Source: an uncultured Oscillospiraceae bacterium
GTDB lineage: Bacteria > Bacillota > Clostridia > Oscillospirales > Oscillospiraceae
Direction: 5' to 3'
DNA length: 64,000 nucleotides
Assembly (NCBI GenBank): GCA_944387635.1
Contig: CALXFT010000002.1
Coordinates: 8,619 to 72,618 of the forward strand
Shown here: piece by piece, positions 47,697-56,594 of the stretch
Numbering within the stretch: position 1 is the first letter of the stretch
How the letters are laid out: each line of letters starts with the position of its first letter
The notes under the pieces: model-generated
What the model saw: the letters and a program-made list of their open reading frames with translations, nothing else
The model's database searches: none
What the model was told of the DNA's origin: nothing
Made by a program: the position numbers and the translations under genes

Positions 47697-47744
47697 CAGC
47701 CCGGAAACCGGACTTCCCACTGGGAGGTTCCGGGTTCCGGGCTG
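47697..47744. terminator. Long hairpin between the convergent GT2 and GtrII-like genes
   Basis: About 21-bp stem CAGCCCGGAA...TTCCGGGCTG; U-rich tail on the minus strand. Confidence 0.7.
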
Positions 47745-47762
47745 CGGGCGTATGGAGGGGAG

Positions 47763-49325
47763 TCAGGACAGCCGCACCACGCAGATGTCCCCGAACATCT
47801 TCATGGAGCCGTAGTAGGGATACACGGGCATTTCGGCAAATTCCTCCGTTTCCTGGATGGCGGCGATCTCCTCCTCGGAGGCGAAGGGGATGGACAGGCC
47901 GAGGTAGTACTCCAGGAAGCGCTCCTTGGAGTAGTTGTCCGGCAGGAATCCGGCGGCGCCGGTGATCTGGTCGGTGTGGTAGAAGTTTTCGTAGTAAAAG
48001 TCCGGGCTGCGGTAGCTTCCGATGACGGCGAGCTTTGTGTCCTGGTCAAACTCCGGCATCTGCTTCAGGTCGGCCACCAGGGCGGTGTAGAAGGAATGGG
48101 CGTTCTCGTAGCGCAGATACAGGTTCAGATAGGCCTCGTTGGCTACAAAAATGTTGATGGCGATGATTACGGCCATGGCCCCTGTGACGGCATGCAGACT
48201 CAGGCGGCTGAGGCGGAGGGCCGCGGCGCCGCCGGAGAAACGGTCCAGGTGCCACTGGGCCAACACCGCCCCGAGGACATAGATGCAGATGAAGCTGTAC
48301 AACACCAGGGTGTGGACCGCGTCCTCGGAGGTGAACAGGTGCATGCAGCAGACGGCCAGGGGAAGAATGGCCAGCAGCGCCCCCAGAAGAAGGAAGCGGC
48401 CTGTCCGGGGACGGCTTTGCTTACCGGCCCACAGGACCAGCAGCACCGCCGAAACGGCCAGGAAAATCCAGTGGACCACCCTGGAAAAGGGTGTGGGCAG
48501 CAGTCCCTGGAAGCCTTCGGTGATACAGCGGGCGAAGGTGACATAGGCCTGGACTATGTCCGCGGGAATGGACCGGAAATCAAAGCTCAGATTTCCCGTG
48601 GCGTAGCTGTTGAAGGAGGTCCCCAGGAAGCGGTTGAAGACCATGGTGGCCCCGTAGTAGATCCCCAGAGACAGGATCAGGAACCCCACATACCACAGTC
48701 CCCGGCGGACGGTGGGGACCACGTCCTCGCCGTACAGCAGGTCCCGGATCAGCAGCAGAACCAGAAAGCCGGCGGATACGGCGACGTAGGACTGGTAGAT
48801 GCTCAGCGACAGGATCATCAGGACCACGGCAGGAAGGAAGCCGGTTTTCAGGGACCGGCGCAGCATGGCCACCGCCGCCACGGACAGGAGGAAGGCCAGG
48901 GCGTAGGGGGCCGCGGTGAACATGTAGGTCATGGTGCCGATGAGAGAGGGAAAGGCTATGACGCATCCGGCCAGAAGGCTCTGAACCAGCTTGTTCTGAA
49001 TCCGGAAAACGTCAAGCATGACGCAGACGCTGACGCTCATGAACAAAAGGGTCAGGACGCCGTTAATCCAGGGCATGGAGTAGTCCGGGAAAACGCTGTC
49101 CAGCAGGCCCAGGCCCCAGCGGCCCAGGCTCAGGGTCCCGCCCTTGAAGAACAGGGTGAACACATCGTCGTGGTTGACCAGCTTGTTGGTCAGGGCGAAC
49201 ATGTAGCACAGGACCCCGACGATCATACAGCAGAGCAGAGGGATCTGATATTCCCGGACCCGGCGGCCCAGCCGTCGCGCCCACTGCTCCCAGATCAGGG
49301 GCCGGGAAGAAAGGTTGCTGTCCAT
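47763..49325 (-). CDS. GtrII-like glucosyltransferase-domain membrane protein
   Basis: LVNHDD, SLGRWG, SLSIYQSY motifs; about 11 TM plus a soluble C-terminal domain. Confidence 0.72.
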   Translation of the reverse strand: MDSNLSSRPLIWEQWARRLGRRVREYQIPLLCCMIVGVLCYMFALTNKLVNHDDVFTLFFKGGTLSLGRWGLGLLDSVFPDYSMPWINGVLTLLFMSVSVCVMLDVFRIQNKLVQSLLAGCVIAFPSLIGTMTYMFTAAPYALAFLLSVAAVAMLRRSLKTGFLPAVVLMILSLSIYQSYVAVSAGFLVLLLIRDLLYGEDVVPTVRRGLWYVGFLILSLGIYYGATMVFNRFLGTSFNSYATGNLSFDFRSIPADIVQAYVTFARCITEGFQGLLPTPFSRVVHWIFLAVSAVLLVLWAGKQSRPRTGRFLLLGALLAILPLAVCCMHLFTSEDAVHTLVLYSFICIYVLGAVLAQWHLDRFSGGAAALRLSRLSLHAVTGAMAVIIAINIFVANEAYLNLYLRYENAHSFYTALVADLKQMPEFDQDTKLAVIGSYRSPDFYYENFYHTDQITGAAGFLPDNYSKERFLEYYLGLSIPFASEEEIAAIQETEEFAEMPVYPYYGSMKMFGDICVVRLS

Positions 49326-49369
49326 AGCGAAACTCCTTCAAACGGATTCCGTAAATCGGTACGGCATCC

Positions 49370-49398
49370 ATTATACCGGTTTCCCGCCGGCACGTCAA
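49370..49398 (-). promoter_or_regulatory. SigA promoter for the GtrII-like gene
   Basis: Minus strand TTGACG-17-TATAAT. Confidence 0.78.
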
Positions 49399-49452
49399 CT
49401 GCAAAAGCGCGGGGAAATCTTCGGGAAACCGGGGAAAAGCCAAAACTAACCC

Positions 49453-49481
49453 TTGCAATTCCATGGGGAATGAACTATAAT
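49453..49481 (+). promoter_or_regulatory. SigA promoter for the smc operon
   Basis: TTGCAA-17-TATAAT. Confidence 0.78.
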
Positions 49482-49518
49482 AAATTGAATTATTATCATT
49501 TTGACATGAGGTTTTTCT

Positions 49519-52500
49519 GTGTATTTAAAATCATTGGAATTGCAGGGATTCAAGTCCTTTCCGGACAAGACCCTGATCCGGTTCGGCGACGACATCACCG
49601 CCATCGTCGGACCAAACGGCTCCGGAAAGTCCAACATCTCCGACGCCATTCTCTGGGTCATGGGCGAGCAGAGCTCCAAGACCCTCCGGGGCGCGAAGAT
49701 GGAGGACGTGATCTTCGGCGGCACCCAGAAGCGCGCCGCGGTGGGCTTTGCCGAAGCCACCCTGACCCTGGACAACACGGACCGGGCTCTGGCCTATGAC
49801 GCAGACCAGGTCATGGTGACCCGGCGGTATTACCGCTCCGGAGACAGCGAATACTATATCAACAAGCAATCCGCCCGCCTGCGGGACATCAACGAGATGT
49901 TCATGGACACTGGCCTGGGCCGGGAGGGCTATTCCAATATCGGTCAGGGCCGCATCGACGAGATCCTGTCCCTGAAAAGCGGCGACCGCCGGGAGATCTT
50001 TGAGGAGGCCGCCGGTATCTCCAAGTACCGCCACCGGAAAGAGGAGGCAGAGCGGAAGCTGGCCCACACCGAGGACAACCTGCTGCGCATCGGCGACAAG
50101 GTCTCGGAGCTGGAATTGCAGCTGGAGCCCCTGAAGCTTCAGTCGGAGAAGGCGAAGAAATATCTGGAGCTGAAGGACGAGCTCAAGGGCGTGGAAGTGG
50201 CCCTGTGGCTGGACAACCTGGACCGGCTCTCCGCCGCCGCCAAGAAGGCGGAGGAGGACTACGCCTCGGCGTCCTTTGTGCTCCAGCAGGCCCATGACGA
50301 GCTGGACGGCCTGTACCGTCAGGCGGAGGAGCTGGGCCAGACCCTGCGCCAGCGGGACGGGGATCTGGAAACCGTCCGGCTGAAGGTGAACATGCTCTCC
50401 GGCACCCACCAGCAGCTCGACGGCCAGATGGCCGTGCTCCGGGGCAATGTGGAGAACAACGAAAGCAACATCATCCGGATTCAGGAGGAGCTGAAGGGCC
50501 AGGAGGACCGCAGCGGCGGCGTGGCCGCCCAGATCCGCCAGACCCGGGAGCGGATCGAACAGATCCAGGCGGAGTTGGAGGAGAAGGGACTGACGCTTCA
50601 GGACCTGGGACAGCAGCTGGCCGCCATGACCGCCAGCGCTCAGGGACTGACGAAGCAGTTCCTGGAGCTGCGGGGTCAGGAGTCCTCCCTGGCCGCCGAC
50701 ATTGCCGGACGCCAGGCGGACGTAAGGAGCCTGGAGGAGAGCATGGTCCAGACCCAGCAGCGGCTGGAGGAGCTGGACCGGGACCTGTCCTCGGGAGCCG
50801 CCCGCCGGCACGAGGCTCAGGCCAATCTGGACCAGTGCGGCAAGGAGCTGGACCAGGCCCGCCAGGCTGTGGTGGCCGCCAACAACACCATCGCCGGCTA
50901 TACCCTGCGGCAGGAGGCCCGGGCCAAGCGGCGGGACGAGCTGACGCAGCAGCAGCGGCAGTTGAACGCCCAGCTGGATTCCGTCACGGCCAAGCTGCGG
51001 GTGTTCCGGGCCATGGAACGGGACTTTGAAAGCTATAACAAGGCGGTGCGCATGGTCATGCAGGAGGCCCAGCGGGGCCGTCTGCGGAACATCCACGGAC
51101 CGGTTTCCCGGCTTATCCGCACGGAGGACAGCTGCACCGTGGCCATTGAGATCGCCCTGGGCGCGGCCATGCAGCAGATTGTGGTGGATACGGAACAGGA
51201 CGGCAAGTCCGCCATCGCCTTCCTCAAGCGCACCGGCGGCGGCCGGGCTACCTTCCTGCCCCTGGGTACCATCCAGGGCCGGGTCCTTCAGGAGACCGGG
51301 CTGGAGGGCTGCCGGGGCTTTGTGGGCATCGCCTCCCGGCTGGTGACGGCGGAGCCCAGGTATCAGAACATTGTGGACAATCTGCTGGGCAGGACCGTGG
51401 TGGTCCAGGATCTGGACGCCGCCATCGCCATGTCCCAGAAATATAAAAACCGGTTCAAAATTGTCACCCTGGACGGCCAGGTCATGAACCCCGGCGGCTC
51501 CATGACCGGCGGTTCCGTGAACAAGGACGCAGGCATCCTGTCCCGGGCCAACGAGCTGGAAAAGCTGACGGCCCAGGAAAAGCGGCTCCAACAGGACAAG
51601 CTGATCCTGGAGGCGGATCTGCAGGAGGCCCAGAGGCAGTATGACCAGGTGGCTTTCCAGATGCAGGCCGTCCGGGACCAGCTCCGGGAGGCCGAGGACC
51701 GGGTGCTTCTGCTGGAGGGACGGCAGAAGCAGCACGAGATCCTCCTGGAAGCCATCGTAGACGCCCAGACCTCTGCCAAGCGGGAACGGGACAGTCTGAA
51801 CGACCGGGGGCTGAACGACCGGGAACGCTACGCCGCCCAGCAGGCCAAGATCCAGGTCTGCACCCAGCAGCTGGAGCAGACCCGCCAGAGCCTGGCCCAG
51901 CTGGAGGGCGGCCAGACCGAGGCGGCCCAGGCCACGGCGGAGATCACCGACCGGATGACGGCTCTGAAGACCGAGGAAGCGGCTCTGGAGGCGGAGCAGG
52001 CCACGGCCCGCTCTCACATTCAGGATCTGGAGGGCCTGCGCTCGGCCATGGAAGGGGACCGGGAGAAGAAGCTGGCGCTCATGGAGTCCATTGGAGCCGA
52101 CAATCAGCGGCTGAACGCCGAGATCGCCCGGCTGAAGCTGCGGCAGGAGGAAAACGACGCCGAGACCGCCGCCATGAAGGTCCAGATGGAGAAGACCGCG
52201 GCGGAACGGGCTCAGGCGGAGGCTGCCAAGACCCGGGCCGAGCGGGACGCCCAGGAGAAGAACAAGGAGATCCTGAACATGGAGCGGGCCTGCGCCCTGC
52301 TGGAGCAGAAGAAGCTCACGGCCTCCATGGAGGAAAAGCAGATCATTGACAAGCTCTGGGAGACCTACGAGCTGACCCCCGGCACTGCCGGAGAGCATCG
52401 GGGCCAGATCGAGAGCATCGCCGCCGGAAGCCGCCGCAGCGCCGAGCTGAAGCGGAAGATCTCGGCCCTGGGTACACCCAACCTGGGCGCCATTGAGGAA

Positions 52501-53091
52501 TACGCCCGAATCAACGAGCGCTATACCTACCTGGCCGCCCAGCGCGACGACGTGCTTGGGGCAAAGCGGGAGCTGGAGAGCGTAATCCGGGACATCACCA
52601 AGGAGATGACCGTCATCTTCGTGGAGGAGTTCGGCAAGATCAACCGATATTTCGGCGAGACCTTTGAGGAGATGTTCGGCGGCGGCAAGGGCCAGCTGAT
52701 TCTGGAGGACCCGGACACCCCCCTGACCTGCGGCATTGAGATCCGGGTCCAGCCCCCCGGAAAGCAGGTCAAGACCATCACCCTGCTCAGCGGCGGCGAG
52801 AAGGCCTTTGTGGCAACGGCTCTGTACTTCGCCATTCTGAAGGTCCGGCCCACGCCGTTCTGCTTGCTCGACGAGATTGACGCGGCCCTGGATGACCGGA
52901 ACGTGGAGCGGTTTGCCAGCTACCTGCACAATTTGGCAAAGAAGACCCAGTTCATCGTCATCACCCACCGCCGGGGCACCATGGAGGCTGCCGACGTGCT
53001 TTACGGCGTGACCATGCAGGAGCAGGGCGTCAGCAAGCTGCTGCGGCTGGACCTGAACCAGATGGAGCAGTATCTGGGCATTGTGGAATAA
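49519..53091 (+). CDS. smc: Chromosome segregation protein SMC
   Basis: GTG start; GFKSF, GPNGSGKSN, hinge GRATFLPL, LSGGEK, LDEIDAALD. Confidence 0.97.
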   Translation: MYLKSLELQGFKSFPDKTLIRFGDDITAIVGPNGSGKSNISDAILWVMGEQSSKTLRGAKMEDVIFGGTQKRAAVGFAEATLTLDNTDRALAYDADQVMVTRRYYRSGDSEYYINKQSARLRDINEMFMDTGLGREGYSNIGQGRIDEILSLKSGDRREIFEEAAGISKYRHRKEEAERKLAHTEDNLLRIGDKVSELELQLEPLKLQSEKAKKYLELKDELKGVEVALWLDNLDRLSAAAKKAEEDYASASFVLQQAHDELDGLYRQAEELGQTLRQRDGDLETVRLKVNMLSGTHQQLDGQMAVLRGNVENNESNIIRIQEELKGQEDRSGGVAAQIRQTRERIEQIQAELEEKGLTLQDLGQQLAAMTASAQGLTKQFLELRGQESSLAADIAGRQADVRSLEESMVQTQQRLEELDRDLSSGAARRHEAQANLDQCGKELDQARQAVVAANNTIAGYTLRQEARAKRRDELTQQQRQLNAQLDSVTAKLRVFRAMERDFESYNKAVRMVMQEAQRGRLRNIHGPVSRLIRTEDSCTVAIEIALGAAMQQIVVDTEQDGKSAIAFLKRTGGGRATFLPLGTIQGRVLQETGLEGCRGFVGIASRLVTAEPRYQNIVDNLLGRTVVVQDLDAAIAMSQKYKNRFKIVTLDGQVMNPGGSMTGGSVNKDAGILSRANELEKLTAQEKRLQQDKLILEADLQEAQRQYDQVAFQMQAVRDQLREAEDRVLLLEGRQKQHEILLEAIVDAQTSAKRERDSLNDRGLNDRERYAAQQAKIQVCTQQLEQTRQSLAQLEGGQTEAAQATAEITDRMTALKTEEAALEAEQATARSHIQDLEGLRSAMEGDREKKLALMESIGADNQRLNAEIARLKLRQEENDAETAAMKVQMEKTAAERAQAEAAKTRAERDAQEKNKEILNMERACALLEQKKLTASMEEKQIIDKLWETYELTPGTAGEHRGQIESIAAGSRRSAELKRKISALGTPNLGAIEEYARINERYTYLAAQRDDVLGAKRELESVIRDITKEMTVIFVEEFGKINRYFGETFEEMFGGGKGQLILEDPDTPLTCGIEIRVQPPGKQVKTITLLSGGEKAFVATALYFAILKVRPTPFCLLDEIDAALDDRNVERFASYLHNLAKKTQFIVITHRRGTMEAADVLYGVTMQEQGVSKLLRLDLNQMEQYLGIVE

Positions 53092-53138
53092 TCGAGATTC
53101 CCGCCTGGCGGCGGGCAAAAATAAAGGAAGGAAGCTAC

Positions 53139-54044
53139 ATGGGATTTTTTGATAAGATCAAAGCCGGCCTATCCAAGACCAGGGACGCTCTGAGCAGCAC
53201 CCTGGGCAGCGTGTTCTCCGGCTTTTCCGAAATTGACGACGACTTTTATGACGAGCTGGAGGAGAGCCTGATCCTGGCGGACCTGGGCGTGGACACGGCG
53301 GTGAAGGCTGTGGACCGTTTGCGCAAGTCCGTGCGGGAGCAGCATCTGAAGACCCCGGAGGAGGCCAGGACCGCCCTGAAGGACATTCTGACGGACATGC
53401 TCAATGTGGGCGACACGGCTCTGGACCTGTCCACCAAGCCTTCGGTGATCCTGGTGGTAGGCGTCAACGGCGTGGGCAAGACCACCACCATCGGCAAGCT
53501 GGCCAAGCAGATGACGGACCAGGGCAAGAAGGTCCTGCTCATCGCCGCGGATACCTTCCGGGCCGCCGCCGCGGACCAGCTGGAGATCTGGTCTGAGCGC
53601 AGCGGGGCGTCCATTGTCCGCCAGCACGAGGGCGCGGACCCCGCCTCTGTGGTCTACGACGGCCTCCAGGCCGCCAAGGCCCGGAACGTGGATGTGATCC
53701 TCATCGACACCGCCGGACGGCTGCACAACAAGACCAACCTGATGAATGAGCTGAACAAGATCCGCCGGGTGGTGGACCGGGAGCTGCCCCAGGCGGCCAA
53801 GGAGGTTCTGCTGGTCCTGGACGGCACCACGGGCCAGAACGGCCTGATTCAGGCCAGGCAGTTTCAGCAGATTGCCGGCGTCACCGCCATCGCCCTGACC
53901 AAGCTGGACGGCACCGCCAAGGGCGGCATTGTCATCGCCGTGGCGGATGCGCTGCAGATTCCCGTGAAATACATTGGCGTAGGTGAAAAGGCGGACGATC
54001 TGATGCCCTTTGCGGCCAGAGATTTTGTGGAGGCGTTGATTTAA
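53139..54044 (+). CDS. ftsY: SRP receptor FtsY
   Basis: [32 protein letters not shown]. Confidence 0.97.
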   Translation: MGFFDKIKAGLSKTRDALSSTLGSVFSGFSEIDDDFYDELEESLILADLGVDTAVKAVDRLRKSVREQHLKTPEEARTALKDILTDMLNVGDTALDLSTKPSVILVVGVNGVGKTTTIGKLAKQMTDQGKKVLLIAADTFRAAAADQLEIWSERSGASIVRQHEGADPASVVYDGLQAAKARNVDVILIDTAGRLHNKTNLMNELNKIRRVVDRELPQAAKEVLLVLDGTTGQNGLIQARQFQQIAGVTAIALTKLDGTAKGGIVIAVADALQIPVKYIGVGEKADDLMPFAARDFVEALI

Positions 54045-54047
54045 ACG

Positions 54048-54653
54048 ATGAAAGTGGTATTGGCCAGCAAAAATCCCCACAAGCTGGTGGAGATCAGCAA
54101 GATCACGGAACAATTTGACATCGAGCTGGTTCTGGAGTCGGAACTGGGCGTGGACATCGACGTGGAGGAGACCGGCTCCACCTTTGAGGAGAACTCCTTC
54201 CAGAAGGCCGACGCGGTTATGCGGGCCACGGGGTTGCCCGCTTTGGCCGATGACTCCGGCATTGCCGTGGACGCCCTGAACGGGGAGCCCGGAATCTACT
54301 CCGCCCGGTACGGCTTTGACGAGAGCCTGGACGACTGGGGCCGGCTTCAGCTGCTGCTGAAGAACACCGAGCAGGTCCCCGACGGCCGGCGGCAGGCCCA
54401 GTTCGTCTGCGTCATCACCATGGTTACTCCCGAGGGCCAGGTGATCCAGGCCCGGGGGGAAGTCCACGGAGAGCTGCTCCGTGCTCCTGCGGGCCAGGGC
54501 GGCTTCGGATACGACCCCATTTTCTACTATCCGCCCTTCGGCAAAACCCTGGCCCAGGTATCTCCCGAGGAAAAGAACCAGGTGTCCCACCGGGCCAGAG
54601 CCCTGAGGGTTTTTTATGAGAAGTTAAAGGAGGCAGGATATGCTGACAAGTAA
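54048..54653 (+). CDS. rdgB: dITP/XTP pyrophosphatase
   Basis: ASKNPHK, ADDSG, PGIYSAR, GFGYDPIF, SHRARA. Confidence 0.95.
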   Translation: MKVVLASKNPHKLVEISKITEQFDIELVLESELGVDIDVEETGSTFEENSFQKADAVMRATGLPALADDSGIAVDALNGEPGIYSARYGFDESLDDWGRLQLLLKNTEQVPDGRRQAQFVCVITMVTPEGQVIQARGEVHGELLRAPAGQGGFGYDPIFYYPPFGKTLAQVSPEEKNQVSHRARALRVFYEKLKEAGYADK

Positions 54654-55110
54654 GGAACGGGCAAAGCTGCGGGCCCAGGCCAACGAGCTGGAGACCACGC
54701 TCATGGTGGGCAAGGACGGCGTCACCGACGCGGTGACGGCAGAGGCGGACCGGCTGCTCACCGCCCGGGAATTGGTGAAGGGAAAGGTTCTGGAGACGGC
54801 GCTCATGAGCCCCAGGGAGGTCAGCGACGCCATCTGCCAGGCCACCGGAGCCGAAGGCGTCAGCTGCGTAGGGTCCAAGTTCGTCATCTGGCGGTTCAGT
54901 GAGAAGTGCCAGCAGGAGCGCAATCAGACCGGCCGGGCCAAGCGCAAGGAAGTACCCAAGAGCAAGTCCGACCCCGTAGGCAGGGGGGCGCGGGCCAGAC
55001 GGGCGGCGGCCCAGAAGGTCCGGGAGCAGCGCAACCAGTTCTTCCGGGAGAAGGCCATTGAGAAAGCCATCGAGCGGGACCGGGAGCGGCAGCTGCGCAA
55101 TCAGAAATAA
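54640..55110 (+). CDS. yhbY: YhbY/CRM RNA-binding protein with a basic C-terminal extension
   Basis: LTSKERAKLRAQA, VGKDG, ELVK; canonical position before nadD. Confidence 0.85.
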   Translation: MLTSKERAKLRAQANELETTLMVGKDGVTDAVTAEADRLLTARELVKGKVLETALMSPREVSDAICQATGAEGVSCVGSKFVIWRFSEKCQQERNQTGRAKRKEVPKSKSDPVGRGARARRAAAQKVREQRNQFFREKAIEKAIERDRERQLRNQK

Positions 55111-55187
55111 GCGTCGGTTCGTAAGCGGAAGAGAGACGCCCCGGACCGGGTCCGGGGCATGGAAACGACGGTTCAAGGAGGGTGCAA

Positions 55188-56366
55188 ATGGAACGGATCG
55201 GAATTTTCGGCGGGACTTTTAACCCACCTCACGCGGGACACATGGAGGCGGCAAAGCAGGCGGTAACGGCTCTGGGACTGGACAGGCTTCTGCTCATCCC
55301 GGACCGGATCGCCCCGCACAAGGCGCTGCCTGCCGACGCCCCGACGCCATGGCAGCGGCTGGAAATGCTGCGCATCGCCGCCCGGGACTGCCCCGGACTG
55401 GAGGTCTCGGACATGGAGCTGCGCCGAGAGGGGGTCAGCTACACCATCGACACGATCCGGGCTCTGGAGACGGCCTATCCCAAGGCGGAACTGGTGCTGC
55501 TCATGGGAACGGACATGTTCCTGTCCTTCCATACCTGGCGCGCCAGTGAGGAACTGGTGAAGAAGGTGACGCTGGCGGTGTTCTACCGGGGGCAGCCCGA
55601 GGAGCGGGAGGCGGTTTCCCGGCAGAAAGCCCGGCTGAAGAAGCAGGGCGGCCGGGTGGAGCTGGTGAAGAACGAGATCACGGCCATCTCCTCCACCCAG
55701 ATGCGCCGGCTTCTGGCCTTCCACTGCGCCGACGAATTTTTGCCCGCGGGGGTGGGAGACTATATCCGTCAGAACAGCCTGTATGATGTGAACGCCCGGT
55801 GGAAGAACCTGCCCATGGACCGGCTGGAGGAGGTTGTGATCCGGCTGCTGAATCCCAACCGGGTGGACCATGTGCTGGGCTGCCGGGATACGGCGGTGGC
55901 GCTGGCCAGACACTGGGGGGCCGACGAGACCGACGCCGCCCGGGCGGGAATCCTCCACGACATTACCAAGGCCCTGGACGGTCCCCTGCAATTGACATTG
56001 TGCGCCGCCCATGGTAAAATACTCAGTGAATTTTCCAGAAAATACCCCAAGACCCTCCATGCCCTTACAGGCGCTCTGGTGGCGGAGCGGATCTTCGGAG
56101 AAAATGAAGCCGTGGTGTCTGCCATCCGCTACCATACCACGGGGAAGGCGGGCATGAACCTGCTGGAAACCATCATCTACGTGGCGGACTATATGGAGCC
56201 AAACCGGGATTTCCCCGGTGTCGGGAAGCTGCGGGATCTGGCGTTTACAGACCTCACCGCCGCCCTGCGCCTGGGTTTGGAGATGACCGTGGAGCATCTG
56301 AAGCGGCAGGGCAGTGAGCTGTCTCCGGAATCCAGGGAAGCCCTGGAGTATTTGAAGCAACCGTAA
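55188..56366 (+). CDS. nadD: Fused NaMN adenylyltransferase NadD and HD-domain Ap4A hydrolase YqeK
   Basis: GIFGGTFNPPHAGH, SYTIDT, GTD, ISST, then H...LHDITK, LHA, YHTTG, ADYMEP in a single ORF. Confidence 0.92.
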   Translation: MERIGIFGGTFNPPHAGHMEAAKQAVTALGLDRLLLIPDRIAPHKALPADAPTPWQRLEMLRIAARDCPGLEVSDMELRREGVSYTIDTIRALETAYPKAELVLLMGTDMFLSFHTWRASEELVKKVTLAVFYRGQPEEREAVSRQKARLKKQGGRVELVKNEITAISSTQMRRLLAFHCADEFLPAGVGDYIRQNSLYDVNARWKNLPMDRLEEVVIRLLNPNRVDHVLGCRDTAVALARHWGADETDAARAGILHDITKALDGPLQLTLCAAHGKILSEFSRKYPKTLHALTGALVAERIFGENEAVVSAIRYHTTGKAGMNLLETIIYVADYMEPNRDFPGVGKLRDLAFTDLTAALRLGLEMTVEHLKRQGSELSPESREALEYLKQP

Positions 56367-56554
56367 TATTTATAGAAAACCTCTGAATCCGCCGCCTGGG
56401 GCGGAATGCCGGGTCGAGAGCCCCATCCGCCCGGTTCCGAAAGCGGGAAGTCCATTACCAGATCCCTCCGCTTTTTGAATCTCCGGATGTGCCGAAATCT
56501 CCCGGCGCTCGCGCTTGCCGATTGGGTCAGAGGCTCCATAGAACATTACAGAAG
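56358..56554 (-). ncRNA. ssrS: Probable 6S RNA (about 195 nt)
   Basis: Rod-like fold: closing stem CUGUAAUGUU/AAUAUUACGG and CCUCUGA/UCAGAGG, a central bubble with a 3' hairpin (UCCGCC-ccaggc-GGCGGA-UUCA), inner stems GCCGGG/CCCGGC, CAUCCG/CGGAUG, AAAGCGG/CCGCUUU. G-U pairs favour the minus strand. Ends are approximate. Confidence 0.75.
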
Positions 56555-56564
56555 GGAAGTTGTT

Positions 56565-56594
56565 ATGTTAACACCCACACAGATCGCCTATGAA
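56565..56594 (-). promoter_or_regulatory. Putative promoter of the 6S RNA, overlapping the rsfS start
   Basis: Minus strand TTCATA-18-TAACAT with TGn; the -10 box is the complement of rsfS codons 1-2 (ATGTTA). Confidence 0.5.

Noticed and set aside
49477-49498. Fur/PerR-like box at the smc promoter
   Set aside because: Only one half-site (ATTATCA) matches; the AT-rich 7-6-7 repeat is too weak to call.
51796-51823. 13-bp direct repeat with 15-bp period in smc (LNDRG-LNDRE)
   Set aside because: In-frame micro-duplication in a coiled coil; no sign of functional consequence.
49531-53118. Very long antisense ORFs (also 8057-10384, 10138-12552, 18525-20777, 25297-27741, 39441-41900, 56568-59477, 62245-63948)
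   Set aside because: They shadow well-identified sense genes, lack motifs and RBSs, and are expected from high-GC codon bias.
53100-55158. Short intergenic GC hairpins (53100-53115, 55138-55158) as a REP family
   Set aside because: They do not share sequence and lack U-tracts; at most mRNA-stabilising stems.
56440-56545. Fragments resembling RNase P (GGAAGTCC, GGCTCCATAG), TPP or c-di-AMP riboswitches
   Set aside because: Motifs are incomplete or in the wrong order; the 6S-type rod fold explains the region better.
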